Assembly (NCBI GenBank): GCA_016748015.1
Contig: JAAOMT010000639.1
Span: forward strand, 62,001-126,000
Direction of reading: 5' to 3'
Source: Geosiphon pyriformis uo1
Lineage: Eukaryota > Fungi > Glomeromycota
DNA: 64,000 nucleotides
Below are positions 38,400 through 53,479 of this stretch, in pieces (position 1 is the first letter of the stretch; every line of letters starts with the position of its first letter). Under the pieces are notes generated by a model. It was given only the letters and a program-made list of their open reading frames with translations. It had not been told where the DNA came from and searched no databases. The translations under genes were made by a program, and so were the position numbers.

Positions 38400-40849
38400 A
38401 TAGTGGTTGGACTACATTCATTAAACTTAATAATAATAATAAAATTATATATATTAGTTATTTTATTTTTAATAATATATAATAAGATTTTTTAAAGCAA
38501 AAATTAATACAATAATATTAATTTTTTTTCTGTTATTTTTTATATTGGTGTATTATTTTTTGTTGATAATATAAACTATTTTTTTATCTTTAAATTTTCT
38601 TATTGCTTTTTGAAAAAATAATAATTAAATTATTAATAAAGTTAATTTACTTATTAAGTTAAATTATTTTTTTATTATTTATATTATTATACAATATTAT
38701 ATTTTTTGTTATTTATTAATATATTATATTTAATTCTAATAGTTTTTAATATTAATTAAGCTTAATTTAAATAATCTGAATAATTTTATATCAATATAAC
38801 TTAATAAAAATTGCTAAAAATACAAAAAAAAACTTAATAAGATAATTTAAATAAAAGTAATTTATGTTAATTAATAACTTAAATTTTTATTAATAATAAT
38901 ATATTTTAGCAATTTTTTACAAATATCAGTATGTTTATTATATATAAAAACATAATCAGAAAGCTTTATTTTAATATAATATAAATACTAAATATTAAGA
39001 TAAAATTTATTATAAAGTTATTTTTTAATTATAATTAATAGTTATTTATATATTGCTTTTATTATACAAATATATAAATCAGTTAAAAATTTACTTATAA
39101 AACCAAACAACATGTGTAAATTAGAATGTTATATTATTAAAGTCTGTATTTAATTTATATTTTTAAATAAAAAATATTAATTATCTTTAAACTAAGTCTA
39201 ATTTTTCAATAAATACAACACATATTTATGTATATATTATATATAAAATAATAAATATTATTAAATATTATAATATTATTTATTAAAATAAATTATTTTT
39301 AAATAAAAGCAAAAATAAAAATAAATAAAATAGCAGTCTTATTAATAAGTATATCTGTTTAATTATTATTTTTAATATTCAAATTATTTTTAATTTTTGA
39401 CTAAATAATTAAAACATTTTTTAAAATAATTAAATTAATTATATAACTTTTTTTAGTAACAATTACAAAAATTAAGTAAAACCAAATTAAGTTTAAAATT
39501 AAATATATTTAAAACAGCTTAATTATATAAATAGATTATTATTTTAATAGAAATTAAAATACACTTAAAAGTAAAAATAATAGCTTATAATTTAATTAAT
39601 ATTAAAAAAACCAAACTATATATCTTAATATTAATATTTAAATTCAAAAAAAAAATTATTATTTTATAAATAATTTCAGATAAATTCAAATTTTTTAAAG
39701 ACTTATTTATATAAACATTAATAAAATTAAACCATACTTTCTAAAAACACATTTGCAATTTTAAAAAATTACTTAAACCAAAAATATTACAATAATAAAA
39801 TTTACAAACCAAAACAAATTTAACAAAAACCAAACTATTAATTTACATAAATTTAATAATCAAAATAAACTAATATAATATTAAATTTTTAAGATTCAAT
39901 TTTTTTTTAGTTAAAAAGTTTTTTAAAATAAAATATTATTATACTTATTCAAAAATTTTTTATTAGAAACTATTTTAAAATGTTTTAAAAAATAAATCAC
40001 ATTATAATACAAAAAAATATTTTAATATATTAGATATAAAAAACAATTAATATTTTAAAATACACTAGACAAATTATTTACAAAAAAAATTTCACAATTA
40101 AAATTTTTTTTTATTATATTAATTAAAAAATTGTTAATTAAATTAATTTTTAACTTAACAAAAAATTGCAATAAGTTTTTAGAATCTAACCAAAAATTTG
40201 CAAATCTAAATATTAATAATCAAATAAATAGCCAAAAATACCAATAATATTAAAAAAAGCAACAACTAATAATATTTTTTTTTAGCTTGTATTTGTTTAA
40301 AAAACTTTAAATTACACCAAAAATAATAATACAAAGCTTTATTTAAAAAATTTTTAAGCAAATTAATTTTTAATTTTAAAATTTTTTTTATTATAATTTA
40401 TTATGAGCTTTGCCAAGCTATTTTTAATAACATTTTAATATTTTATTTACAATATACACTTTTTAAAACAAAACTGAACTAAAATCAAAAATTAATAATA
40501 AACTGTAAAGTAATAGAAACTAAATATGAAAAGTATTTATTTAAGACTGTTTTTTTAATATTAAATTAAAAAAAAATTAATATTAGAATATATTTTAATT
40601 ATATTAAACTTGAATAATTTTTTTATAATCAAAAAAAGATTTAAATACAAGACTTTTTTTTTACTATAAAAATTGACAAATTACTAATAAAAAATACATT
40701 TTTAATTTATTAATTGATCAAAATAGTTACTGTTTTATTATTATTAATTAAAATATTATTAATCTCAAAAAATTCATTTATAATATTCAAAATAAATTAA
40801 GTAAAAATTTAATTATTTTTAATTTAAATTATATTATTAACAAAAACAT
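38400..40849. repeat. Extremely AT-rich eroded TE relics
   Basis: Almost no G/C; 38850-38900 resembles 45980-46026. Confidence 0.45.
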
Positions 40850-43800
40850 TATTATAAGTAAACTTGATAGGATAATAATATAACTTTTGGTGTTTATAAT
40901 TTAATAATAAGAGCCAATTGAATATTAATATAATAGTTTTTTTAATTAAGTTAGTTATTAGTCTTTAAAGATTTTTTTGTTTAAAATTATATCTGTTAAG
41001 TTTTTTTGTTATAAGACAAATTTTAGTTTTTTTAATTGTGTTGTTTTTATTATATTTTTTTTTAAGCTAGTAAATACAGTTATTAGAGTCTAACATTGGT
41101 TTTTTATTCTTTTGGTAATTAATAAAATAAAATTAATATTTAAATCTAAAGAAAACTTTTTTTTTTACCAGGCTATTATGAAGTTTATTTTCAACCAGTT
41201 AATTTTCAATATTATTACTCTAAAAAAAAAAAAATTAAGAAAAAAAAAATTAATTAAGAAAAAAAAATAGAAAGAATAAAAGAAATTAGTATTATTAATT
41301 ATCATAATTAAGAACAATTGGTTTAAGTTGTTAGAATTTCAATACTGTTTTATGTTAATATTATTTAATCTAAAATAAATATAATAGAGACAATTAATTC
41401 GATTTTAATAATTAAAATAAAAAAAATTTATTAAATTGGTTTAAATATATATATATAATAAAGTTAATTTTTTTGGTTAAGATTAAGATATTTTAAAAGT
41501 AAAATAATTCTTGTTTTTTTTTGCTTTTTTTTTTTTTTGTTAAAACTACTTATTTTTTATACATATTTTTTAGTTCTATAAGATTGTTTTTAATTATTTG
41601 TTATTTTTAACTATTACTTACTATTTTTATTATTGATTTATTTTTTTATACTTTAATTAGTTATCTTATATTATAACTAGTTATTTTGTGCTATTTTATG
41701 TTATTGTATATTTTTTTGTATTATTCTAAATTATTTTATATTTTTTTGTATTATCATGTTTTTTCTGTGTTATTATGTATTAATCACGTTTTTTTAATAG
41801 TTTTAGATTGGTTTTTTATTTAAGTAACATTATTTTTTTTTAAAATTAAGCTCTTGCAAAATCGTATATATCTTTAAAAATTGGTTTTTCAATATAATAT
41901 TCAATTATTGTGTTTTGTATTGCTTTTTGTAGTTTTTTAAACTAAAAATTTGTTATTTGTCTTATGTTATTAACTGTAATAGACTTCAATAAATTGTCTA
42001 ATAATATGACTAAACAATATTTAAATACTAAATATAATTAATATGTTTCATAGTTTCTTTGTTAAATATTTAATATCTATATATAGTGTTTATAAGTTTA
42101 GTCTTTTATTAATTTTAAAAAACCAGTATATTAATAGAAGTTTTTTTTTCTATATTTTAAAAATTTTAGAAGTCTATTTTTTTGTGTTTGGTTTTATAGC
42201 TAAGTTGTTTAAGGCTTTTTTAATTTTTTTAAACATTTAAATATACATAATTTTTTTTTCTTAATTTTTTGTAAAAATAGAAACATTTAGTTCTAATTAA
42301 ACTTTTGTTTACTTTTTTTTTGTCCATATTTTTGTATTGTATTTCTTTTTTATCAATTGTAATTTCTATTGGTATTGTAGATTGTTGAATTATTTTAAAT
42401 AGTTGTTATAAAAATTTCAAAATTTTGTCTAAAAAGTTTATACTAAGAGTGTTATTAATTTTTATTTTATTTTTTTGGTATTTATATATCTATTTTATGT
42501 AATTTAAATTTTTGTATATAAGTTGTGTTTAATAATAATAATTAGTTTTAGATTTTGTAGTATATCTTCAAATCTGATTAATAAAATTTGTGTTTTTAGT
42601 TAAAATATAAATAATAACAATTTTTGGGTTATGTAATAAAGTTTTAAATAATTTTTATGTGTAATTTCTTTAAAATTTTTTTTTTTAATCATAGTTTGTA
42701 AGCTTCATTGCTCAGAATTTTGTATATGTAAAATAATCTGTTTTATTTTAAGTTAAATTTTCTATTTTATTGTTTTTTAGTTTTAGTATAATATAATAAT
42801 ACTTGATCTCCAATTTTGAATTTAATTAATTGATTTGGTAAACAATTATTATGTCTTTTTTTTTGTTATTTTTAAAAGCTATTAATATTATTAACTGCTG
42901 TTCTATAATTGTTTTTTAATGTTTTTATAACTTGGTATATTTTTTGGTATAGAATAACTTTAAAGTTTTCTTTAGTAATTGTTTTTGTTAAAAAAGAAGA
43001 CATTTTAGTTTAATAAACAGTATGGCTTTTTTTTATAAACTAGTTTAAATAATGTAAATTAGATAGTATTTTGCTTTAATATTCTATATGTAATTAATAC
43101 AAAAAATATAAATAAGTCCTATTTTTGCATATTTTTGTAACTTATTTTTATTAATGTTTTATATAATATTTGGTTAAATTGTTCTATCAATTCATTTGTT
43201 TAAAGATAATATAAGAATAACAAAAGTTGTTTTATTTTAAATTATTGGCTTAATTTTACTAAAGTATTATTAACAAAGTGAATTTTTTAATTAGATAATA
43301 ATCTTTTTGAGTATTTATGTTTATAGATTAAATCTTGATATATAAACTCAATTATTGTTTTGGCATTTGCAACTAAAATGGCTTGGGCTTTTGGTTATTT
43401 TATAAAATAATCTATAGCTATTACAATATATTAATTTTCTTTTGTAATGATTAAAAAAGATTTAATTAAATTAATTCTATTTCTTTTAAATAAATTTTTA
43501 ATTAAAATAGATTAAAATAATTCTGTTATTCTGGTTTCTCTTTTTTTTTGACAGAAGTCATATTTAAGAACATACTCAAAGATATTCTTATATATTGTTA
43601 ACTAATAATATAAATTAATTGTTTTTTTTAAGATAGTATTTTTGTTAAAGTGTTCTACTATTGAATCAGAATACATATTAAACAAAACAATTTTTTTTCT
43701 TTATTTTTTATAACTTTTTGTAATGTAATATGGTTTTGATATTATTAATAATATAATTAATTATTGTAAATAAGATAATTTTGAGTTTGTTTTTATATAA

Positions 43801-46440
43801 TACTTTGTTTTTGTTAAAATAGTTTTTTTTAATTAAAGTATTAACAGATATTAATATAATTATTAATAAATAGTTGTGTTTATTAATATGAAATTAAATT
43901 TGAGTTATTTTTAATAAGCTATTAACATTGGTGTTTTTAACTCTTTTTTTATAATGTATTTTGTATAAGAATTGCTGTAAATAAGTATTTTATATTGTAT
44001 ACTTTTCTTTAAATTGTGGTTTGTTAAGTAACCAAATAAGTTTTTTGTAATTAATATATAGATTAAATGATTAACAAAGATAATATCTCCAGTTTTGTAT
44101 AGCTTAGTAAATAGTAAAATATTTTAAATTTATAGTACTGTATATTTTTTCGGCTGTATTAGTGCTTTTATTAATATAAATAACTAGATGTTCTCTATTA
44201 TCTGGCTCAATTTGAAATAAAACTGTTCTAAGAGCATTTTTCAATGCATCAATAGCTATAATAAACTATTTGTTCAAGTATATTAAAATTGGAATTTTAA
44301 TAAGTTAATATTTAAAGTAATTAAAAGTTTTTTGCTATTTAGTTTTTTATATATATAACACATATTTTAAGAATAAATAATAAAAAAATTTAACAATATT
44401 AAAGAACTTTTTAATAAAGTAGTGGTAATATTTAACAAATTTTAAAAATTTTTGTAGTTTACAAAAATTAATTAAGGCAGAAAAATTTTTAATTTTTTAA
44501 ACTTTATTTGAAACTGATTTTATTCTATTTTTTTTAATAGTGTGTTATAAAATTTTAGTTTAGTTTTTTCAAAAAAACATTTGTTAAAGTTAAGTTTTAA
44601 TTCTGCATTTTAGAAATAATTAAAAACTTGTTAAAAGTAGAGTAAATGATCATTAAATGTTTTTAAAAACATATTGGTATTATCTAAGTAGACAATAGCT
44701 GATTTCTATAGAAGTCTCTTATATATAACATTTATTAAGTATTAAAAAGTGACAAGAATATTGCAAAATTTAAAAAGTATTATATTAAACTCAAAATTTC
44801 TATTTTAGATGATAAAAGCTATTTTTTTTTTGTCAATTCACTTTATTTTGATTTGCTAATATCTGTTGGTTAAGTTTAATAACAAAAACTATTTCTTGTT
44901 TTTTAAATTGTCTAGAATTTTTTAAATTAAAAGAATTAAATAGCCATTTTTTTAGATAATAGTATTAAGTTTTTAATAATTAACACAAAAACAGATTTTT
45001 TCATTTTTTTTTATAACTAAAATAATAGGTAAAGATTATAAGCTTAATGATTTTTTATTAGGCCATTGTTTAATATTTGCTGTATTTTTTGTTTAATTAA
45101 ATTATTTCTATTATTATTAGAAGTTTTTGGTCTTTTTTTTAGACTGTTGTTAATATTAGTTTGCTGTTTAATTTATATTTATTGAAAGCTAGTAAACTTT
45201 TAATAACTGAATTTATTTTCAAATTATCTTTTATAATTTGAACTGCTGGAGTTATAAATAGAATAATCAATTCTGTGCCAATTATTTTGTAGTTACTTTG
45301 TAATAAAAATCAATTCTTTCTTAGAAATTGCTTATTTAGAAGCTTACTAAAAATGTGTAATTACTTTGTTATAAAAGTCAATTCTTTTACAGAAATTTTG
45401 TCTGTAAGTTACTTTAATAATTATAATAAAAAAAATAAATAAATAAAAAAAATGTAAAAAAATTAGAATTTTGTTAAAGAAATCGTTTTCTATCTAGGTT
45501 TGAAGTTACTAATAATTTACTAAAATTGGTAGCTAATCAATTTCAAAATATTAGTTAAGTTTTAAAAAATATTAAGTGCAATTATTTTAAAAATTGATTT
45601 TTAAAGTATTTTTTTTTGAATTGTACTAATAAGAATAAATTTCAAGTAAAATATCTATAGTAAGATATATTTTTTCAAAAAAAAAAGCTTTTTTTTTATA
45701 CAATTTGTTATAATACTAGTCTATGAACTTGAACTTTTTTTGTTATCATTTTAACAAATTAATAATATTTTAATAGACTATTAACTATTTTGGCAAATCT
45801 TTACAAGTTTTGGTGATTTCTTAACTGTTATATAGTTTAAAGCATTGTGTAATTTGCTTATCTGAACTTTTATTTATACAAATCAAATTATTAATTAAAT
45901 AATAATTTTTGATAATTTTGATTAAATAATAAGTAATAGTTTAAATAATGATAATATATGCTAATTAATAATAGAAATTATAAAAGTAATTTCATGTTAA
46001 TTAATGCTAAAATTCTATTAATAATATTATTTAAAATAATTTAATAAACTTATTGTTTAATAGATCTGGTATTTTTAGTATTAATTTTATGTTTTACAAT
46101 ATTAGTATATCTGAATTTATTTTTATTAACAAAGATATTAGCATATTAGTTTAAAAAATTTTTGATTTGTATTTGTTAAAAAGTATTTAAATTTCTTAAA
46201 TTGAGTTTATTAATTTTTTTATAGTAAATAAATAGCTTTTTTTGGTATGTTTTATATTTAAAATGTAATATTACAGAACAGAAACAGTTATATAAAATCA
46301 AAAATAAATTGTGGTTTTTTGGAATTTTAAATATTTATAGTAATAGAACCAATAAAAGTTTTTTTAAAAATTTTAATGATATTTTATATAAAATTATAGA
46401 TAAAAATTTTGAAATGTTTATGAATTTTGGCAAATATATA
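40850..46440 (-). mobile_element. Ty3/Gypsy copy E, hyper-eroded C-family element (3' LTR 40850-41829, ORF3, IN, RH, RT)
   Basis: Reverse complement is colinear with C: LTR motifs, DFARA.F ORF3 end at ~41850, YLDN at ~44685, and 46040-46440 matching 24240-24660. Confidence 0.82.
45112..46026 (-). repeat. Solo LTR of a further family inserted in E pol
   Basis: Homologous to 47307-48080; E RT reads through across it; TSD CTAT/TTAT. Confidence 0.7.
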
Positions 46441-46639
46441 AAAATTTGCAATATTTATTGTTATCAGTAGAATTTAGTTAATAATTAACATAAAATTATT
46501 CTTATAATTTTTATCATAATTAGCATATATTATTACTAATTTAATTTATTATTTATTATTTAATTAAATTATTATAATATCTTTATCTAATTAATAATCC
46601 AATTTGTATAATATACCAATATAACCAAATACAATAATT

Positions 46640-48080
46640 AAATTATGCAATAAATCAAACTCTGTAATATTTAAAAATTTGGTTAGATTGTTATATTAAA
46701 TTTTTTAGTAATATAAAGTTTTTTGGTCTTAAAAAACAGATTAATAGTAATTTAGTATTTAACTTTAACCAAAAAAAGCTAAGAAAAATGTAATTAAAAG
46801 TAATAGTTTAGAACTGGCTTTTTATTTAAGTGTTTACAAGTATTAAAAAATTGTTTTTGGCATATTAAATATTGTATAAATTAGTTAATTGTTTTTTTTT
46901 TTGCTTTTTTTGTTTGTTTCAAGTTCAGACTTAAGTTTAAGAATAAATTGTAAATTAACAGAATATTTATTTTTACAAAATTTGATAATATTATAATCAA
47001 ATTTTTTAAAATAAATAGTGTAATTATCAGTATTAATATTTTCTAAGTCTTTATTTAAGTAATAAATAAGATTTTTAAGAAAATTTTATTTGATTTTTGT
47101 AATATTATAGTTTTCAAAAAAGTAATTGTTGATTTGGTTTTTGATGTATTAAAAAAGTGTTTTCTTAAAAGCTGTAATTCTGTTTTGGATTTCAAATTAT
47201 TGTTTACAATGAATATAAATTAACTAATAGTATTATAGAATTGTTATGTCTAATATGGTTGCTACTTTGAAATTGTTGTTGTGTTAATTCATAAGAAAAC
47301 ACTAAATATTACCAGAGGTTTTTGGTTTTTTTTCCTGAATTTTGTTAATGTCATTCTGTTGGTAATTTTTGATTATTAAAAGCTGTTAAATTTCTGATAA
47401 CTGAATTTATCTTTAAATTATTTTCTATAATTTGAATTGCTAAATTTATAAGTAAAATAACCAATTTTATGCCAATTATTTATATAGTTATTTTGCAGTA
47501 AAAGTCAACTCTTTTTTAAAAAATGCTCATCTGAAAGCTTACTAAAAATATGTAGTTACTTTGTTGTAAAAGTTAACTTTTTTACAAGAATTTTGTTTTT
47601 AAGTTACCTTAATATATATAATAATAATAAAAATAAAAAAAATGTAAAAGAAAAAAAATTTATTAGAGAAATTTTTTTCTGTTTAGATTTGGAGTTACTA
47701 ATAGATTTATTAAATTAGTAACTAATTAATTTTAAAATATTAATTAAAAATTGGGAAATTTTAAGCAAAAATAATTAAAATTTTGTTTTAAATATAGTTT
47801 TTATTAGATTAATTTGTATAGATATTTAAGGAAAATATTTCTAATGAAGATAAATTCTAGCTAAAATACATTTCAAAGAGAGAAGCTTTTTTTTTATATA
47901 ATTTGTTATAGTACTAGTCTATAAACTTGCACTTTTCTCTTTGCTATTATTTCAACAAACTAAAAATACATTTTGGTAAACTACAAGTTGTTTCTACAAA
48001 CTATAAATTATTTTGGTAAACTATTTAATTATTTTATGAAATTTTACAAATTTTGATAAATCTTTACTAGCACAAATCTT
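46640..48080 (-). mobile_element. Eroded Gypsy copy F: 5' LTR 47307-~48080, PBS ~47287-47304, gag N-terminus
   Basis: TTTAGTGTTTTCTTATGAA PBS relic next to the LTR end; KVATILDITIL..YY gag start at 47265. Confidence 0.65.
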
Positions 48081-48249
48081 CTCGATTACTTAGCAAAAAA
48101 CCAGAGTAATTACTTTAATAACATAGACAACAATAAAAATGGTTTTAAATTCACCAAGAAAAAAACTGCTAAAAACAAAGACACAAAAGAAATAACAACA
48201 ACATATATTGCAAAAATTACAGAATTCACAGGAAAAAATATTGACATTA

Positions 48250-49074
48250 GCTTTTAAGAATGACTTGACAGAGTATCAAAAACAGAAGATGCAAATAGAT
48301 AAAATGCAGCAAGAATGCTAAAAACAATTCTCTACTTTTTCCAGAGAACAGCGTGATTACTATTGGTACTGTTTTATATGTAACGACGAGTTTTAATTCT
48401 GCGTAAACGGCGTAAACTGATTTTGAAATGGTTGAGAAATTAAGAAATAATTCAAATAGAAAAAACAAAAACAAAAAGTAACACTTACTTCCACTCCTTC
48501 CAAACCCGGTAAATGTAAAATGTTTCGTATCATAAGCAGTAGTTTTTAAAAAAACTTCTATTATGCAGAGAAACCTTTTTTGACATTTCAACCAAGTTTT
48601 AAACTCCATCTCAGCTACTAATCCACCTGGTACCTGTAGATAAGGAACAGAAATTGGCTTGTCTGCAATTCAACTTGTGTATGCTTTTTCATAAGTATTA
48701 AAAGTCCATATGATTTGTTGTGAACTTGAGCCTTTTGGGGTTCCCACTAAAATTTAAAAATATTATAATTTTCTAGGTTTCAATTTTTAATCACAATTGA
48801 AAGCTAATTTTTCTTGCTTATTCTTAAGACATGCAGCTTGAGTTGCATGATAGGCATGGTTTGTCAGCATTCCGAGGACTTGTTAATCTGTTACCAAAAT
48901 TTCATCAAATTCTTCAAGCGATTGATTTTTAAGTATATGAATATTCAAGGGGTCGTGATCAAGTTTAAGATTGTTATTTATTTTCTCAGTGGCAGGATTC
49001 ACCAGTGAACCTGATAGCATATAGGTCAATATTAAGAAGAGCAGACACCACCAAAAAATTTTCAAATTTTTCAT
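48250..49074 (-). pseudogene. Secreted lipase class 3-like pseudogene
   Basis: Signal-peptide-like N-terminus; FTFTGFGRSG|GTAAGT followed by VYAVYAEL resembles the FTGHSxGGAYA elbow; premature stops. Confidence 0.4.
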
Positions 49075-50785
49075 TTTTCTATTAAATTTAAAAGGAATTC
49101 AAATATCGAGAATTTATAAGCAGATAAGAGAGAAGGGTGTTTTTTGTAATTAGGACTTTGAAAAAATATTTTGACTCCTTGTAACTAAAATATTAAATAA
49201 AGTTCTAACATTTACACATTCGAACTTTACATATATTCAGCAAGATTTTGTTATTAGGAACATAAATATTTAGACAATCTGAGATATTTTTGTTAATGAA
49301 TGTTTATTTTCACTTTCACTTGATATTTCCGTCATTTTTTAAAATTAAATATGGGGTAACTTAAAAGAATTAATTGATAACTATAATCTTTTCAAAATTT
49401 TAGCAGAGAGTTCAGCTAATTCTTATTAATCTCGGACCAACTTATTTTATTATCAAAGAGTGTATCGTTGTTTCAAGAACCTGCTTGATTTGTTCAATAA
49501 TAATTAAATTTTTTTTGGTTTTAATTTTCTTTAGCTGATATAAAAATTAGAACTTATGAAATAGAATTTTTTATTCTTGAATAAAACTTCATAATCCTGA
49601 TCAATTGAACTTTTTTCATACTAGTTCCAGGTTTAATAATAATAATTTTCCTTGGTCCTTTCCAAAAGGAAATTTGATAATAAAAAAATTCTATTGACAT
49701 CATTTCAATTTCCTCAATGAAAATTGGAAAACTCATTGTCCCATATTTATGATTTTATTCATATTCATATTCATATTCACTTCATATAAGCTGGATAATT
49801 AGTGTACCCACAGGACTATATAGTGATTCTTTAAAATCTATTCTATAAATAGACATTGGTTGCTTAACATAAAGAAATTTCTTGAGATTTGTTTCCGTCA
49901 CATAATACAAATCACTTGATCGTACCAGATTATTTGGTTTAGCTTGTTAAAGAAATTGAGAATTCAGAATTAAAAATTACAATCCGAAGATTGAGAAGGA
50001 AAAATGCAATTGAACATTAACTTTTATTTTAGGAAACTTTGAGTGTAATTTAGAAAATTGTTTAAAATTAGAGAATAGAAAATTAATAATCCAATTTTGA
50101 ATTTAATTGGCTTTTTTTATAATAAGATATTTATATTTAAATGATATTAGAAGCTGCAAGAACAAATAATCTATATTAAGCTTTTCCAAAATAAAAATTT
50201 CAGAGCAAAAGGTTTTAAGGAGCTAATTATTTAAAATTTTATTCTTTATATAATTAAAAATGTGATTTATGAAACATTTTTCTAGATATTTATTAATCAC
50301 GAATCACCTATTCCAAAAGGCATATATTCTATGAATGAACAAATAAAATATCGAAAAATGGGGAATAAATTTTCTTTGAATTTTTAATGTTTTTGTAAAA
50401 AATTAAGATATAATCCTTTCCCAAAGTAAAATATATTACTGTGAAAAAAAAGATTTTAATCGACTAAATTTGCACCATTCATTATTTTTGAATGAATATT
50501 TTCTTATTATATTTTCATTATGAATCTTACGTTATCAAGTTATTAAATCAATAAAAAAATATTGTAAAATATTAATTGCAAAATAATAAAAATAAAATAC
50601 CATATTAATTTTTTTAACAAAATAATATGCTTTAAAATAATTTATGCATGTTTTTTAATGCGTATTATTAAAAAATAAAAAAATAAAAACTTTTAATGTC
50701 AAAATATTATTACTTTTATAAATTTTAAAATAAAAAATACAGTCTACTCCGCTACAATAATCTATATAAACATCTAGCTGGACAT

Positions 50786-52513
50786 TTAAAAATGTTCTTT
50801 ATAGAAATTAAAAATTACCCCAGAATCAGTAGTGGCCTCCTTTGCCTCAACTCTCAAACATTTAGCAAGCGCAGCAGGACCACAATAATAAACGCCAATA
50901 TTGGTTCGCAGTTCCCGTTCAGAACCAGGTAAATATTTTCCACACTCGATAGCTTTCTTAATTTGTCTGAAAACATGACCAAAATTTGGACGTCCATAAT
51001 GTGTACGTGACGAGAGGTCGGTCAATGGATCAGATGAGCCACTGACATCATTAATAATGATATTATGTATGGTGGATTCACGAAGTTTCGAGGTGAGGTA
51101 GATGTGGAAATTGAGAAATCCCTTTTGCATTTGTGTGGTTTCTAAAGTTTTTAGTAAGGACTGGAACCATTCGAAGGAACCGGTTTCGCGACAAATCCAA
51201 AAAAATTCTACGCGACGAAGCTTCGATGAACGGCCGTGTTGGTGTTGATACCTGAGGACAGGGTTTATTATGTATCAAGTTTTAAAATTTGAGTTTAAAT
51301 CAAGATTAAATAGATAATTTTTTTAAGAATCAACTAGTCTTGAGATTAAATAAATGAGTCGAGGAAAAAAGTCTCACCAAATATTCTTCAAAATCGAAGC
51401 AAATGGCGTAACACCAATTCCACAACCAATCAAAATAGCAATCTCATTACCAAATACATCCTCGGCGGGAGCACCAAACGGACCATCAATTTTTAAGGAA
51501 GGTAAGGGCTGCAGTTTATTTCCGGTCTTGCCACCATCATTAACGACAACCGATAGATTTTTGTCACCTTTACGATCCCCTATTGAGTTACATCCAAGAA
51601 AATCAGCCAACGCCGTAGTATAATCCCCAATTTGTCGTATGTGTACCGAGATAAAAGGATCATCTGGTGCTGAGGTAATGGTGAATGGATGCCATTGCCA
51701 TCCGGAAATTTTCGGAACACAAAGAAACAAGTATTGTCCTGGTTTATAAGAAAATCCAGGTTTTGTGAATTGTATTTCAATCACTTTTGCCGGATGTGAG
51801 ATGATTTTTGTAATTTGTGTTGATTGTCTTGACCGAACTTCTCGTAATACACGTTCAAGAAAATAGAGTCCTCCCGACCAAACCGTAAATCTCCATGATC
51901 TATATCCACGACACTCTCCTGAAGCGGTTTTTACAAAACATCCATAACCATGAAAATATAGACATAACATAAAAAAGAAGGCTAAATGATGTGTATACCA
52001 AAATGTTTCGAAAGTTTGATGTTTCATTCGTTGATGTGCAGAAGTGTACATGAGTAACATTATCAATAACATTAAATGTCCTGTGATCCCGCCCCATGTT
52101 TGATAATGGATAGTCCAAGCTGGAAATTTTTTTAAATCTTCCAATTTCCAGAAATTTACGTAATGTGCAGAAGTGTGCACTAAAGCCCAGAATAACATCG
52201 AATAGGCGGTTTGTCGATGAAACCAAATGTTCTCATCAAATGGGATCAATAGATTTAAATATGTGAGACGTAGGTATTTGATTATATTTCGGAGAACTGG
52301 TAATAATATGATAGCACCATCGTAAGCGAGACAGAGACCTGCTCCTCGTGATGTCCATACTGACCAGCCGATAGCGTTCAGATTATTGAGCTGGATATCA
52401 TTTTTTTGTTTAAAAAACCCGTAGATGAACAAAGCGATATGGGAACCAAGCCAAAAGATCCAGAATCCCAGGCGTCTTAGGGTGAATTCTCGTTGGAAAA
52501 AATTTAGTCCCAT
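50786..52513 (-). CDS. noxA: NADPH oxidase A (gp91phox homolog), 533 aa; exons 52513-51378 and 51251-50786
   Basis: Heme His motifs (WFHRQ..SAHYVN, YTHHL..HG), FAD HPFTITS, NADPH GIGVTPFAS, VYYCGP, terminal KEHF; GT-AG intron restores frame (W-YQHQ). Confidence 0.95.
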
Positions 52514-53479
52514 TTTTTCTTGAGATCCCAAAATTACCTTAATAGGTGATATATAACTGTATTTTTCCAAGTGATACCTTTACAACGTGAATTTATCTCT
52601 TTGGAAGTTAAATTACTAAACCTTTCCACTAATGTACGTATACGTTCAAATATTCAATATTCAAAATCAGCAAGAACCAAAGCAATAAAAATGTATATGC
52701 AAAATGCAAAATAATACAATGCAACAGGATGTTGTCAAGTCTATGTAAATTTAAGATAGGTTCAGCTGATCAATCGATGGAAACCACCATCTATATATTT
52801 TGAACAGAAAGATATTAATGGATTGAATGAAAATTTTCGTTTTATAAAGTTGAACATTATTGAGTATGTAATCATATTATATCTAGCAACCATTGAGCAA
52901 CTTTCTTTTTTTTAAAGAGTTCAGAGAACCTTGTATCAGCAAGACCCAACCAAAGGTCATTAAGACGGCAATTCCTATCAAAGTTTTTGATTTGGTTTCA
53001 TCATATTTGTGCCCTTTTGCTTCGAGTTTGTTTATATTGAGGGACTAGTTAAAAACAATTCATTCAAGAAAATAAATAGTTTACTCACCGACTATAAGGA
53101 TAAGCTCCACGAATGTCAAACCTACTACTGACAGTGGGGTATATAATACAAGAAAAAATCTAATGATTTAGGTGTTATAAAAGGAAACCAGTCGAGAGAA
53201 ATCAAAGAGTGAAGGTATGGTAAACTGAGTGAAAGAGAAGATGAATAGTAATAAAAGGGGAAAATCAAGCTCGCTTCAACTTTTTCTTTTAATTTCCGGC
53301 CAGCGGAAAACTGAAGTTTATATTAAAAGCCCCACGCGGAAAAATGAAAAAAAAAACGCGAGGTCAATATATTATGTGATGGGGTATCTCTTATCTCTGC
53401 ATGATGTACAGACGGGTCACACAAAATTGGGATAAAAAATAATACCGAATATTTTTCATTATTGACAATTTCTTTAACA

